DNA of 64,000 bases from Actinomycetales bacterium (GTDB taxonomy: Bacteria; Actinomycetota; Actinomycetes; Actinomycetales; Micrococcaceae), in NCBI GenBank assembly GCA_038199985.1, contig JBBPYK010000088.1, positions 9,555 to 73,554 of the forward strand. The letters are read 5' to 3'. Below the pieces are notes generated by a model, which saw only the letters and a program-made list of their open reading frames with translations, was not told the DNA's origin and did not search any database. Below are positions 1 to 9,414 of this stretch, piece by piece. The position numbers and the translations under genes were made by a program. Every line of letters begins with the position of its first letter. The first letter of the stretch is position 1.

Positions 1-1652
1 GAACAGACAGCCGACATCGCGAAGAGTTCCGCACCAATGTCCACAATGCGGCCCAGAAAAGCCTGCTTGTGCTCCAATCCGGATTGCCAGCGGCCCATAC
101 CCATGAACGTGTTCTGAGCCAACTTTCGGGAGGACCGCTCCACGAACCGCAGGTGCTTTGCCAGAGGACCGAACTCCCGGTATGCAACAGGGTTCAGGCC
201 CTGACCAGCGGCCAGATGCGGCAGCCACTTTGCATAGAATCCACTGGCGCCCACCGCAGCCTTGGCCTTCGCCTTCAAATCTGCGTCGGGAGACGCCAAG
301 TCTCCAGCCGCCTGAAGGTGGGCATCGACGGCTTCCCGGGCAATGATCAGATGCATGATCTCCGTGGACCCTTCAAAAATCCGGTTGATTCGCAGATCTC
401 GTAACAGCTGCTCGGCGGGCACTGCGCGCTCTCCCCTTGCTGCCAGAGATTCTGCAGTCTCATAACCACGGCCACCCCGGATCTGAACCATCTCATCCGC
501 CACGCGGTACGCCATTTCGCTGGACCACAGCTTGGCTAGCGCCGCCTCGATACGGACATCTTTCATCCCGGCGTCGGCCAGCCCCGCAGAGAGCTCAAAG
601 ACCGCTTCCAGGGCGAAAGTCGTGGCAGCAATGAACGCGAGTTTTTTGCCGACAGCCTCATGTTCACCGACCGGCCGTCCCCACTGGACGCGAGCCACAG
701 ACCATTCGCGCGAAATCTTGAGCGACCATTTGCCCGCAGACGCGCACATCGCCGGAATGGACAATCGCCCCGTGTTGAGAGTGGTGAGGGCGATTTTCAG
801 GCCCTGCCCCTCCTTGCCCAGGCGGTTCGCCGTCGGAACATGCACATCATGAAAGTGGGTCACCCCATTCTCAATACCTCTCAGGCCCATAAAGGTATTG
901 CGGTTCTCCACCGTGATCCCGTCAGCGTCCGCTTCAAGCACAAACGCGGTGATACCTCCGCGACCGCCCTCATGAGGCGGCACCTTTGCCATCACCACGA
1001 CCAGCTCGGCAATGACGCCGTTCGTCGTCCACAGCTTCACCCCGTTCAGCGTGTATCCGGATCCATCAGCCTTGGGATCGGCCGTAACACTGACCCGCGC
1101 CGGATCAGAGCCGACGTCGGGCTCCGTCAGTAGGAACGCCGTAATGGCGCCGGCGGCGCACCGCGGCAGGTACTCCTGCTTCTGTTCCGGGGTGCCAAAG
1201 ACCTTGACTGGTTCCGGAACGCCGATGGACTGGTGTGCCGAAACGAGTGCTCCAAGACTCGGGTGAACCGACCCAAGCAGGATAAGCGCCCGGCCATAAT
1301 ACGTCAGCGAAAGGCCAAGCCCGCCATACTCCTTCGGGATTTTCATGCCAAAAACACCGAGCTCAGCCATGTCCCGTAGGTAGGAGTCAGGTATTTTCGC
1401 CTCGCGCTCTATGAGCTGCCCGTCCATGGTCACCGCATAGGCACGCAACGACTCGAGGAATGCCTCGCCGTCAGCGGTCTCGTCGTCGTCGGGTGTTGGA
1501 TGAGGGTGGATGAGGTCCAGCGCGAAGTTGCCCAGATACAGGCCCTTGGCGAAACTCGGCCGGACCCATTCGGTTTCCCGAGCGGCCTCAGCCACATCCC
1601 TGGCGTCGCGTTCGCTCACATGCGCTGGCTGCTGACTGATGTCCGCACTCAT
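1..1652 (-). CDS. acyl-CoA dehydrogenase (FadE-like); C-terminus runs off the left window edge
   Basis: Absent from the ORF track because no stop lies inside the window. My reverse-strand translation from ATG (1652) reads MSADISQQPAHVSERD... It carries ACAD-type motifs LTEPDVGSDPA, KLWTTNG, QIRGGRGYETA and RINRIFEGSTEIM. Confidence 0.85.
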   Translation of the reverse strand, partial: MSADISQQPAHVSERDARDVAEAARETEWVRPSFAKGLYLGNFALDLIHPHPTPDDDETADGEAFLESLRAYAVTMDGQLIEREAKIPDSYLRDMAELGVFGMKIPKEYGGLGLSLTYYGRALILLGSVHPSLGALVSAHQSIGVPEPVKVFGTPEQKQEYLPRCAAGAITAFLLTEPDVGSDPARVSVTADPKADGSGYTLNGVKLWTTNGVIAELVVVMAKVPPHEGGRGGITAFVLEADADGITVENRNTFMGLRGIENGVTHFHDVHVPTANRLGKEGQGLKIALTTLNTGRLSIPAMCASAGKWSLKISREWSVARVQWGRPVGEHEAVGKKLAFIAATTFALEAVFELSAGLADAGMKDVRIEAALAKLWSSEMAYRVADEMVQIRGGRGYETAESLAARGERAVPAEQLLRDLRINRIFEGSTEIMHLIIAREAVDAHLQAAGDLASPDADLKAKAKAAVGASGFYAKWLPHLAAGQGLNPVAYREFGPLAKHLRFVERSSRKLAQNTFMGMGRWQSGLEHKQAFLGRIVDIGAELFAMSAVC

Positions 1653-1818
1653 GCTGGCCCCCTTGAACACGGGCCCGCCGCGGTCCGGAGGACCCTGTAG
1701 GTGTCCACTGATGCTACGCGCGAAAAGTGGATGTGGCCATAGTTGCCGCGCTGTCAACAATGCTGGAGCCATGCTCGGATGGGTAGAGTGAAGATTCCAA
1801 CGATTTCAGGAGGACATT

Positions 1819-2244
1819 TTGCCTGCAGTTCCAGAATCAATCGTCTACACAGCGAAATCACACGTCACGGGTGGCCGTGACGGCCACGGAAAAACGGACG
1901 ACGGCGTCCTCGAAGTTGACCTTCGTGCGCCCAAGGAAATGGGCGGAGCGGGCGGGGGCACCAACCCCGAACAGCTCTTCGCTGTCGGCTACGGTGCGTG
2001 CTTCCGAGGCGCACTTGATCTTGCAGCCAAGGAGACAGGCGCGGACGTCTCCAATTCTGCCGTCGAACTTGAAGTCGGCCTCGGTAAAGAGGGCGAGAGC
2101 TTTGGCCTATCCGTGAAAATCATGGTGTCCGTTCCCGGAATGGATACTGATCAGGTGCAGAAGCTCGCAGACCGCACGCATGAGCTGTGCCCGTACTCCA
2201 AAGCCACCCGCGGCAACATTCCCGTTGAGGTTGTTGCCGTCTAG
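1819..2244 (+). CDS. ohr: organic hydroperoxide resistance protein, OsmC/Ohr family
   Basis: 141 aa. Ohr-like sequence GGTNPEQLFAVGYGACF ... HELCPYSKATRGNI with the two conserved Cys. TTG start preceded by AGGAGGA. Confidence 0.9.
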   Translation: MPAVPESIVYTAKSHVTGGRDGHGKTDDGVLEVDLRAPKEMGGAGGGTNPEQLFAVGYGACFRGALDLAAKETGADVSNSAVELEVGLGKEGESFGLSVKIMVSVPGMDTDQVQKLADRTHELCPYSKATRGNIPVEVVAV

Positions 2245-2328
2245 TTCAAAACGATCGTGTTTCTTGAGGAAACCTTCGGTTTACGTGCCGGGGCCAATTG
2301 AGACTCATAGGTCAGAGTAAGAGAGTCA

Positions 2329-2349
2329 GCAAAACCGGAGCAAAACCGG
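2329..2349. repeat. tandem direct repeat GCAAAACCGG-A-GCAAAACCGG (11-bp register)
   Basis: Read directly at 2329-2338 and 2340-2349, upstream of the Hpt-like ORF. A hairpin ACGCCCACC/GGTGGGCGT follows at 2368-2393. Confidence 0.6.
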
Positions 2350-2423
2350 TGCGCTTTCCCCAACGGTACGCCCACCTCCGACAGGGTGGGCGTGCCACTC
2401 TGACCGACGAGGAGCACGACCCC

Positions 2424-2870
2424 ATGTTGACACTGGCCGTTGACCACAAGCACAGCACCGCACACTCTATAGCGCCATCGCATCTGCCGATCCCGCATTG
2501 TGTGCCGGCCACAGAAGCAGTTCCCGTTCTTGATGCCGTGGTATTTGCGAAGCTAGCTGCTGATTTGCAGAGCCGCGCCGCCGCTATCCGCGTCGTTGCC
2601 ACGTTCCGGAACCTCCTTCCGCAGCGCATCCGCGAATTGCATGTCAGGATCGCTGCCGAAGATACCGAGGCTGCTTCCACCATTCTCCTTGGACTAAATG
2701 TGGGTGCAGCAATGGTTGGTGCACGGCGGCTCGAGATTCTGACGCAGTCAGTTCTTACGAGCCTGGGGGAAGGCAGGGGCGCCTCCGCCCGCATGCTGTT
2801 GACTAAACTTTCTACCGAGGGCGTGCGTTTTTACACGGATGCAGCCCACGCGTTCACACGGGCGGCTTAA
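2424..2870 (+). CDS. hypothetical protein, possible degenerate Hpt-like four-helix protein
   Basis: This is the shortened version of ORF 2298..2870 (ATG at 2424). The helical pattern ...RELHVRIAAEDTEAASTILLGLNVGAAMVGARRLEILTQSV resembles the Hpt AHxLKGsaxxxGAxxL region. L and N stand where His and Lys would be. Start and family are uncertain. Confidence 0.4.
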   Translation: MLTLAVDHKHSTAHSIAPSHLPIPHCVPATEAVPVLDAVVFAKLAADLQSRAAAIRVVATFRNLLPQRIRELHVRIAAEDTEAASTILLGLNVGAAMVGARRLEILTQSVLTSLGEGRGASARMLLTKLSTEGVRFYTDAAHAFTRAA

Positions 2871-2897
2871 CTTCCTCCTAAGTCCGCCGCATACACA

Positions 2898-2968
2898 CAC
2901 GAGGTCACCTCCTGGCCGCGCGATTACCCTTTGCAGGGGAGATCTCGATGGCAGGAGGTGACCTCGTG
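2898..2968. repeat. long palindromic intergenic element, copy A (CACGAGGTCACCTCCTG ... CAGGAGGTGACCTCGTG)
   Basis: Perfect 17-bp arms at 2898-2914 and 2952-2968 with an inner CCCTTTGCAGGGG hairpin. It lies between convergent genes. It shares its termini and core with the element at 18936-19004. Confidence 0.7.
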
Positions 2969-2973
2969 GGTGT

Positions 2974-3744
2974 TTAAAGGCCCGTTGCTGCGCGACCACC
3001 GGGCATAAGACGGTACCCAACGCCGCGCACCGTCCGGATAAAGCGTGGGTCCGCTGCCTTGTCTCCCAGCTTTTTACGCAGGTTGCGCATGTGAACTTCA
3101 ACGAGGTGCTGATCCGAAACCCATGCCTCCCCCCAAACCTTGGCCAGTAGGGATTCCCTGGACCAGACTCGGCGCGGCGCGGAAAGCAACGTGGCCAGGA
3201 GATCGAACTCAGTGCGCGTCAAGCTCAGCTCTTCTTCATCGAGACTGGCAATTCGTCCTTCAACATCGACCGCAAGGGGGCCGTGACGCAGAAGCGTGTG
3301 TTCGGGCTCTGGCGAAGGTTCGACGAGGGCCGGGATGGGTGCCGTGTCAACGCGGCGGACACTGGTGCGCGGGCGCCGGAACATTGCAGCCACTCTGGCT
3401 TGCAGTTCTCTGGGGCTGAAGGGCTTGACGAGGAAGTCATCTGCGCCGATTTCCAGTCCAATAAGTCGATCGATCTCGTCCTGCCTCGCCGTCACCATCA
3501 CAATGTAGGCATCAGTCATGGCGCGTGCTTGCCGGCACACCTCGACGCCATCGATGTCCGGCAGGTTGAGATCAAGGGTAATCAAGTCAGGGTTGAAATC
3601 GCGGATGAGTTCAACGCCGTGACGGCCGGTCCCAGCCGTGCGGATAGTGAATCCGTTGGACTCCAGGGTGGCCGTGAGTAGCTCTCGAATATCTTGGTCG
3701 TCATCGACAATGACGGCAGAACGGAACTCGGGTGGAGTGGGCAT
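2974..3744 (-). CDS. OmpR/PhoB-family response regulator (orphan, no adjacent kinase)
   Basis: Receiver motifs VIVDDDQD, ITLDLNLPDIDG, MVTA and VKPF, plus a winged-helix C-terminus (VEVHMRNLRKKL, IRTVRGVGYRL). I prefer the internal ATG at 3744 over the ORF-track start at 3915. Confidence 0.85.
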   Translation of the reverse strand: MPTPPEFRSAVIVDDDQDIRELLTATLESNGFTIRTAGTGRHGVELIRDFNPDLITLDLNLPDIDGVEVCRQARAMTDAYIVMVTARQDEIDRLIGLEIGADDFLVKPFSPRELQARVAAMFRRPRTSVRRVDTAPIPALVEPSPEPEHTLLRHGPLAVDVEGRIASLDEEELSLTRTEFDLLATLLSAPRRVWSRESLLAKVWGEAWVSDQHLVEVHMRNLRKKLGDKAADPRFIRTVRGVGYRLMPGGRAATGL

Positions 3745-3913
3745 ACCTGTACCATGCCAGACTTTTCGTCTGCTGGCATCACGACGTTTCCGCGCTGTTG
3801 CAATCTGCTCAGTCCTGTACTGCCCTTGATCTCCGACGCTGTACAGGGTGAAATGGTCCCAAGTGCGGGGTATCCCGGCGGACACCGAGGTGGAAGGAAT
3901 CACAGTGGCGGAC

Positions 3914-4243
3914 ATGATCGACGTCCACGAACTTCAGCAGGCGGTTGTCTGGGACCACGACGGCGCCAAGTTGGGCAACGTCGCTGAGGTACATCTGGAT
4001 AGCGGAACCAATGATCCCGAGTGGATCACGGTGCCGCTGCACTTATTCGAGACAAAGACGAGGTTCATTCCATTGAGCGGCGCCAGAATCAACGGTGACG
4101 ACATTTTCGTGGCCTATAGCCAAGAACAGGTGAACAGTTCACCGGATATCCACCCCGGTTCGGGATTGAACTTTGCTCAGGAAGAGCAGCTACGCGAGTA
4201 CTACGGCCTGGTTTCGGGCATCATAGTGGCGGAAGAGAGCTAG
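3914..4243 (+). CDS. PRC-barrel domain protein
   Basis: VWDHDGAKLGNVAEVHLDSGTNDPEWITV ... FIPLSGARINGDDIFVAYSQEQV is typical of actinobacterial PRC-barrel stress proteins. ATG at 3914 is preferred over 3848. Confidence 0.65.
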   Translation: MIDVHELQQAVVWDHDGAKLGNVAEVHLDSGTNDPEWITVPLHLFETKTRFIPLSGARINGDDIFVAYSQEQVNSSPDIHPGSGLNFAQEEQLREYYGLVSGIIVAEES

Positions 4244-4842
4244 TCCGCGGGTTTCTCGCCGACCAGAGCGTACCGTTCATCCGTGATGGTGCGCCCCCAC
4301 AGCTGTGGGTCAGAGAGAGGAATTCGGTGAATAACAGGTGCGTGCGGCTCTAACAGGGAGGCGAGATCCTGCATGCTCAATCCGCCGCCGGAAGACCACC
4401 GTCCTTCTATCAGCACTATTCGTCCTCCGGGCCGTAGCAGCCTGAACCAGGTGTCGATCGCGTCCACCTTATCCGGGAGTGCCCAGACGACGTGACGTGA
4501 GAGGACGACGTCGTAGGTTCCGGAACGTAGCCGAGGGTCTGCGACGTCGCGCACTTCCAGCCGTGCTTCGACTCCGCTTGCGTTGAGTTTCTGGCGTGCG
4601 GTCTTGACCATCTGGCGGGAAATGTCCAGGCCCACGAGTTCGTGGCCGTCTTGCGCCAAGAGTTCGGTGAGGGCACCGGTGCCACAGCCCATGTCGGCGA
4701 TTTTCGACGGTGGTTTGGGCAAGATTTGCTTGAGCAGGTTGCGCCAGGCCATGCGGACTTCAGGGTCCTCGAGCCCGTGATCAGGGTCCTGATCAAAGGT
4801 TGCGGCCCGCCGATCCCAATAGTCGGCCTGATTGTCAATCAT
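4240..4842 (-). CDS. class I SAM-dependent methyltransferase
   Basis: SAM-binding motif I IADMGCGTGALTELL and motif post-I LVGLDIS; 200 aa. Confidence 0.85.
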   Translation of the reverse strand: MIDNQADYWDRRAATFDQDPDHGLEDPEVRMAWRNLLKQILPKPPSKIADMGCGTGALTELLAQDGHELVGLDISRQMVKTARQKLNASGVEARLEVRDVADPRLRSGTYDVVLSRHVVWALPDKVDAIDTWFRLLRPGGRIVLIEGRWSSGGGLSMQDLASLLEPHAPVIHRIPLSDPQLWGRTITDERYALVGEKPAD

Positions 4843-4939
4843 TCAAACAGCATTCCGCAGAGTATAGACGCTATGCAAACTCAGCCCGTCCGTGGACTGA
4901 ATTTCTTACGGTTCAGCGGCTCTTTCGACACCGTGTCCG

Positions 4940-6025
4940 ATGATCTGCAACGATCAAGTCATGCCCTACGTGATGAATGCACTCATACCGATTGGCGCCG
5001 TCGCTGCCGCCCTGCTGCTGGCGGTGGTTCTGGCGTGGCTTCTCCGGAAGGTTGTCATCCGCGTATTGGATAAAGTCCCGTCGGTGCGCGACGTAACCAA
5101 GAAAGCGCGGAACCCGTTGTGGTTGGTCTTGGCGGTCATCGGCGTTCGCGTTGCGTTGGGTTTCACCGTTCGGGATATGGGATGGTTCCCACTTGTCGAT
5201 CGGTTGCTGGTTTTCGCGCTGATCGGTGCAGTGGCGTGGCTGGCGATCGCTGTCTCGCTGATAGTGGAGGCTGGTGCCCTTGCAGCTTTCCGTCGTCAGA
5301 GTGCGGACAAGCGACGCTACCGACGGTTGAAGACGCAGATCACTCTGGGCCGGCGCATCATCGCGGCCGTCATCATCACGGTTGCTGTAGCGGCGATTCT
5401 CTTGACTATTCCCGAGGTTCGAGCGCTTGGAGCCGGAATCCTGGCCTCTGCTGGTCTGATCTCTGTGGTCGCCGGCCTCGCTGTGCAGAGCTCTCTGGCC
5501 AACGTATTCGCCGGGGTTCAGCTGGCTTTCACTGACGCCATTCGCGTCGGTGACAGTGTCTTGGTCGAAGATGAGCTCGGCTCCATTGAAGAAATCACCA
5601 TGACGTACATCGTTGTGGCTATCTGGGATGAGCGACGCATGATTCTGCCGTCCACGTATTTCACTACCACGCCGTTTCAGAACTGGACGCGGACTAATTC
5701 TGAGTTGTTGGGGACGGTCGAGTTCGATCTGGACTGGCACACACCCGTGGCGGAACTACGTGATCATTTCAACTCCGTTCTGGAGAAAACGGATTTGTGG
5801 GATCGGCGGGCCAGTTCCTTTGTGGTTATCGGTGCGGTAGACGGCGTGGTGCGCGTGCGGGCAATGCTCAGTGCCCAGGACGATGACGACATCTGGTCGC
5901 TGCGGTGCCTGGTGAGGGAGGAAATGATCTCCTACCTGCAGGCAAACCACCCGCAGGCATTCCCCCGCAGGCGCTGGGAGACCGTGGACGACGACACCGT
6001 GACGCGTGGAGAGCCAGGCGTCTAA
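4940..6025 (+). CDS. mechanosensitive ion channel family protein (MscS-like)
   Basis: N-terminal TM helices followed by the MscS core LANVFAGVQLAFTDAIRVGDSV...GSIEEITMTYIVV. Confidence 0.85.
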   Translation: MICNDQVMPYVMNALIPIGAVAAALLLAVVLAWLLRKVVIRVLDKVPSVRDVTKKARNPLWLVLAVIGVRVALGFTVRDMGWFPLVDRLLVFALIGAVAWLAIAVSLIVEAGALAAFRRQSADKRRYRRLKTQITLGRRIIAAVIITVAVAAILLTIPEVRALGAGILASAGLISVVAGLAVQSSLANVFAGVQLAFTDAIRVGDSVLVEDELGSIEEITMTYIVVAIWDERRMILPSTYFTTTPFQNWTRTNSELLGTVEFDLDWHTPVAELRDHFNSVLEKTDLWDRRASSFVVIGAVDGVVRVRAMLSAQDDDDIWSLRCLVREEMISYLQANHPQAFPRRRWETVDDDTVTRGEPGV

Positions 6026-6028
6026 TCC

Positions 6029-7084
6029 CTAACAGTGCTCGTTGTACGGATCCAGTGCTGGCGATCCGGCGTGGGAGCGCGAATTGCCCATGCCGTCCAG
6101 CAGCTCCTTAAGGGCTTGAGGCGCGGAGCGTTTTGGTGTCCAGCCAAGCACGTGGTGGGCGCGATCGGTGTTGAGTAGCGGGGTCAAAGACGCCATGTCG
6201 ATCCACCCTTCGTCCGTCTGTTGGAGCCGCAGCCTCCACGTCACGCCTATCAGCGCGCGGTACAGACTCACGGGGACGTTGAGGACGCGTTTGGCGCCCA
6301 GCAGGCCACCCAATCTTTCCGGCGTGATGACGGGTTCGGCGGCTACGTTGAACGCTCCGTTGGCGCGCTGCTCGAGGACCTTCCAGTAGGCGTCGGCCAT
6401 ATCTTCGCCGTGGACCACTTGGAATGAGAACGAGTTAGGGATGGGAAGAATGGGTAGCGGCAGGTTTTTGAGGGCAAAACGAATCAGCGACCGTGGTATC
6501 AATCGACCGAGGAAGTAGTGGTGGATCTCGCTGCCGGCGTCGGCATGGAATATGAGCGCAGGCCGCAGGCGGGCCACGGGGATCTCGGGATATTCCCGCT
6601 CGAATTCATTGAGAAGGTGTTCCTGCTCCGCCTTGTGCCGACTGTAGTGGGAGGAGGCAATCCCCTGCGTGGGCCACCGTTCGGAGACGTATTGCCCCGT
6701 TCGGGCGGGGGAGTAGGCAGCCATGGATGACGCGCATACAAAGTGACGCACGCCTGCGTCGGCAGTTGCCTGCAGGGCATTTCGAGTGCCGGTGACGTTG
6801 GTTCGATACAGGCGGTCGAGGTCTCGGTTGGGCTGGAGCTCCCAGGCAAGATGAACGACGGCGTCTGCTCCCGTGAGTGCTTGGGTTAGTCTCTCCCGGC
6901 CGTCTTTAGCCCCTATGTCAACGCTGTGCCAGTCCACGTCGTTGTACGGTTCGATGGACGGATCTGGCATGCGACGGGCTATCCCGGTGATCTTTAGGTC
7001 TGCTCCGTTACGCCGAGCGACGTGCATTCTGCGCAACAATTCTGTTCCGGCATTGCCGGTGGCACCTATGATTGCAACCCGCAT
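6029..7084 (-). CDS. NAD-dependent epimerase/dehydratase family protein (extended SDR)
   Basis: Rossmann motif MRVAIIGATGNAGTELL at the start chosen here (ATG 7084); YSRHK catalytic-type motif. Confidence 0.8.
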   Translation of the reverse strand: MRVAIIGATGNAGTELLRRMHVARRNGADLKITGIARRMPDPSIEPYNDVDWHSVDIGAKDGRERLTQALTGADAVVHLAWELQPNRDLDRLYRTNVTGTRNALQATADAGVRHFVCASSMAAYSPARTGQYVSERWPTQGIASSHYSRHKAEQEHLLNEFEREYPEIPVARLRPALIFHADAGSEIHHYFLGRLIPRSLIRFALKNLPLPILPIPNSFSFQVVHGEDMADAYWKVLEQRANGAFNVAAEPVITPERLGGLLGAKRVLNVPVSLYRALIGVTWRLRLQQTDEGWIDMASLTPLLNTDRAHHVLGWTPKRSAPQALKELLDGMGNSRSHAGSPALDPYNEHC

Positions 7085-7180
7085 GAGGTTCCTTCCGTTG
7101 GGTAGATCCACGCTATCCTGCGGTTGGTCGCTGCGGTAGTTTCTGAACCTAAGGTTTTGTGGCCACGAAGGAGATGGAAG

Positions 7181-8182
7181 ATGTCTGCGAACGATTACAG
7201 CACCAAGGGCGCGTATGTGACCGGAGGCGAGGACTTTACGCGGGACACCAATTACATCGAGGATCGCATTGTGCGTGGCGGCGATAGCCCGGCGGAGGGC
7301 CGTTGGCCGGTCGAGGCAGGACGATACCGGCTAGTGGCCGCGCGAGCGTGCCCGTGGGCCAACCGGTCCATCATCGTGCGCCGGTTGCTGGGTCTGGAGA
7401 GTGCCATTTCGTTGGGGACTCCAGGGCCTACTCACGATAAGCGGTCGTGGACTTTCGATCTTGATCCGGAGGGCAAGGACCCGGTCCTCGGCATTGAGCG
7501 GCTTCAGCAGGCGTTCTTTGAACGGGATCCAGAGTATTCCCGCGGCATTACCGTGCCGGCGATCGTGGACATTCCCTCGGGGATGGTAGTGACGAACAAC
7601 TATCCGCAGATCACCCTGGATTTCTCTACGGAATGGACTGAGTTTCACCGTGATGGGGCGCCGGAGCTTTACCCGGAGCAGTTGCGCGATGAGATAGATG
7701 ACGTTGCGAAGCGCATATTTACCGAGGTCAACAACGGCGTTTATCGTTGCGGTTTTGCCGGTTCCCAGAAAGCGTACGACGACGCCTACCACCGGTTATT
7801 CACAGCCATGGACTGGCTGGAGGAACGTCTGGCCAAACAGCGTTTTCTGGTGGGGGACACGATCACGGAAGCTGACGTCCGGCTTTTCACGACACTCGTG
7901 CGCTTTGACCCGGTGTATCACGGGCATTTCAAATGCAATCGAAACAAGTTGACCGAGATGCCTGCCCTGTGGGGTTACGCACGTGATCTGTTTCAGACTC
8001 CCGGGTTCGGAGACACTATCGACTTCGAGCAGATAAAACAGCACTACTACGTGGTTCACGAGGACATCAACCCCACGGGAATCGTGCCGCAGGGCCCGGA
8101 CCTTTCGGGGTGGCAAACTCCATCTGGTCGCGAGGAACTGGGAGGAAGCCCGTTTGGTGAGGGGACTCCACCTGGCACCTAA
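7181..8182 (+). CDS. glutathionyl-hydroquinone reductase / Xi-class glutathione S-transferase (YqjG/ECM4-like)
   Basis: Signature CPWANRSIIVRRLLGLE (CPWA active site) and a GST C-terminal domain. ATG at 7181 is preceded by GGAGATGGAAG. Confidence 0.85.
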   Translation: MSANDYSTKGAYVTGGEDFTRDTNYIEDRIVRGGDSPAEGRWPVEAGRYRLVAARACPWANRSIIVRRLLGLESAISLGTPGPTHDKRSWTFDLDPEGKDPVLGIERLQQAFFERDPEYSRGITVPAIVDIPSGMVVTNNYPQITLDFSTEWTEFHRDGAPELYPEQLRDEIDDVAKRIFTEVNNGVYRCGFAGSQKAYDDAYHRLFTAMDWLEERLAKQRFLVGDTITEADVRLFTTLVRFDPVYHGHFKCNRNKLTEMPALWGYARDLFQTPGFGDTIDFEQIKQHYYVVHEDINPTGIVPQGPDLSGWQTPSGREELGGSPFGEGTPPGT

Positions 8183-8222
8183 ACCAATTAGGTCAGGGTT
8201 TCGTTTCCTTATCCATTGTCAC

Positions 8223-8241
8223 CTAGGGTAGCCTTACTTAA
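8223..8241. promoter_or_regulatory. candidate IdeR/DtxR iron box
   Basis: CTAGGGTAGCCTTACTTAA matches the 19-bp consensus TTAGGTTAGCCTAACCTAA as I recall it at 15/19 positions. It lies about 60 bp upstream of the siderophore permease gene. Confidence 0.5.
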
Positions 8242-8301
8242 GTAGATTGATGGTGAGACCAAAGATGGCTCGGGACGTGCGCCCGGAAGGAAGGGGCGCG
8301 G

Positions 8302-9414
8302 GTGTCCATACCGGCACAGCGGGAACGCACCGCGCTCTCGGCAGTCATCCCAGTGCCCGTAGCGTCGCCGTTGCCCGCAGCGGCGGTCAAGGATTCCGCA
8401 ACCCGTCCGCGACAGAGGCCAAAACGCGTTGCAACCCTCTGGTTCATCGTGGCCGTCGTCGTTCTGGGTTTGTTCGTCATCGCCTCCATGGCTTTTGGAG
8501 CCCGGCAGATTGACGTCAGCACCCTGGCACAAGCGCTCACGAATTTTGACTCGACCAATGGCGACCACGCCGTCGTTCACTCCCGTATTCCCCGCACCAT
8601 CACCGCGCTATTGGTGGGTGCTGCCCTCGGCCTTGCCGGCGCCGCCATGCAGGGGGTAGCTAGAAACCCGTTGGCGGATCCGGGCATTCTCGGAATCAAC
8701 TCCGGGGCTGCGCTCGCCGTGGTTCTGGGTATTTACGTTTTCGGTCTGTCGAGCATCACGGGGTACATCTGGTTCGCTTTTGGCGGGGCAGCCGCTGCCG
8801 CCGTCGTGGTTTATGCCATTGCGAGCCTGGGCAGGGAAGGCGCGACACCGGTGAAGCTTGCCCTCTCTGGGGCCGCGCTATCCGCAGGGCTGGTGTCCCT
8901 GATGAGTGCGCTACTGGTGACCAGTCAGGAAACGCTGGATCGATTCCGTTTCTGGCAGGTCGGCACGGTGGCCGGACGAGACCTGGATGCTATTGGCACA
9001 GTGATCCCGTTCCTACTGGTGGGAGGCATTCTCACCCTATTCACCGGACGGATGCTCAACGGACTGTCCATGGGGGACGACATCGCCCGCAGCCTGGGCC
9101 AGAACGTGCCGCTGGCCCGCGGGACCGCAGCGCTCGGCGTTGTCATCCTCTGCGGTGCGGCAGTCGCACTGGCAGGACCCATCGCTTTCGTGGGACTGGT
9201 GATTCCCCACATGGCACGTCTCATAGCCGGTCCCGACTACCGCTGGATACTGCCTTTCTCCATGGTCCTCGCACCCATGCTGCTCTTGGGAGCGGATGTC
9301 GTTGGGCGTCTCATCCTTCCCCCAGGGGAAGTTCAGGTGGGAATCATGACGGCGATCGTCGGAGCTCCGGTCTTCATCTGGTTGGTACGACGCCGGAAGA
9401 TGGTGTCCTTGTGA
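8302..9414 (+). CDS. iron-siderophore ABC transporter permease (FecCD family)
   Basis: Polytopic. FecCD-type motifs GAALGLAGAAMQGVARNPLADPGILGINSGAAL and GIMTAIVGAPVFIWLV. Confidence 0.9.
   Translation: MSIPAQRERTALSAVIPVPVASPLPAAAVKDSATRPRQRPKRVATLWFIVAVVVLGLFVIASMAFGARQIDVSTLAQALTNFDSTNGDHAVVHSRIPRTITALLVGAALGLAGAAMQGVARNPLADPGILGINSGAALAVVLGIYVFGLSSITGYIWFAFGGAAAAAVVVYAIASLGREGATPVKLALSGAALSAGLVSLMSALLVTSQETLDRFRFWQVGTVAGRDLDAIGTVIPFLLVGGILTLFTGRMLNGLSMGDDIARSLGQNVPLARGTAALGVVILCGAAVALAGPIAFVGLVIPHMARLIAGPDYRWILPFSMVLAPMLLLGADVVGRLILPPGEVQVGIMTAIVGAPVFIWLVRRRKMVSL

Noticed and set aside
1700-1818. TCCACT-N16-AGTGGA inverted repeat in the fadE/ohr divergent region as an OhrR operator
   Set aside because: The arms are only 6 bp with a long spacer. 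It does not resemble the AT-rich OhrR operators, and no ohrR gene is adjacent.
3745-3915. 57-codon N-terminal extension of the OmpR-family regulator (ORF-track start at 3915)
   Set aside because: The extension is not receiver-like. It would overlap the divergent PRC-barrel gene start and erase the shared promoter region. The internal ATG at 3744 gives a standard-length regulator. This is not fully excluded.
4913-5740. 275-aa minus-strand ORF
   Set aside because: It is antisense to the MscS-family gene, and its product is low-complexity and Arg/Asp-rich.
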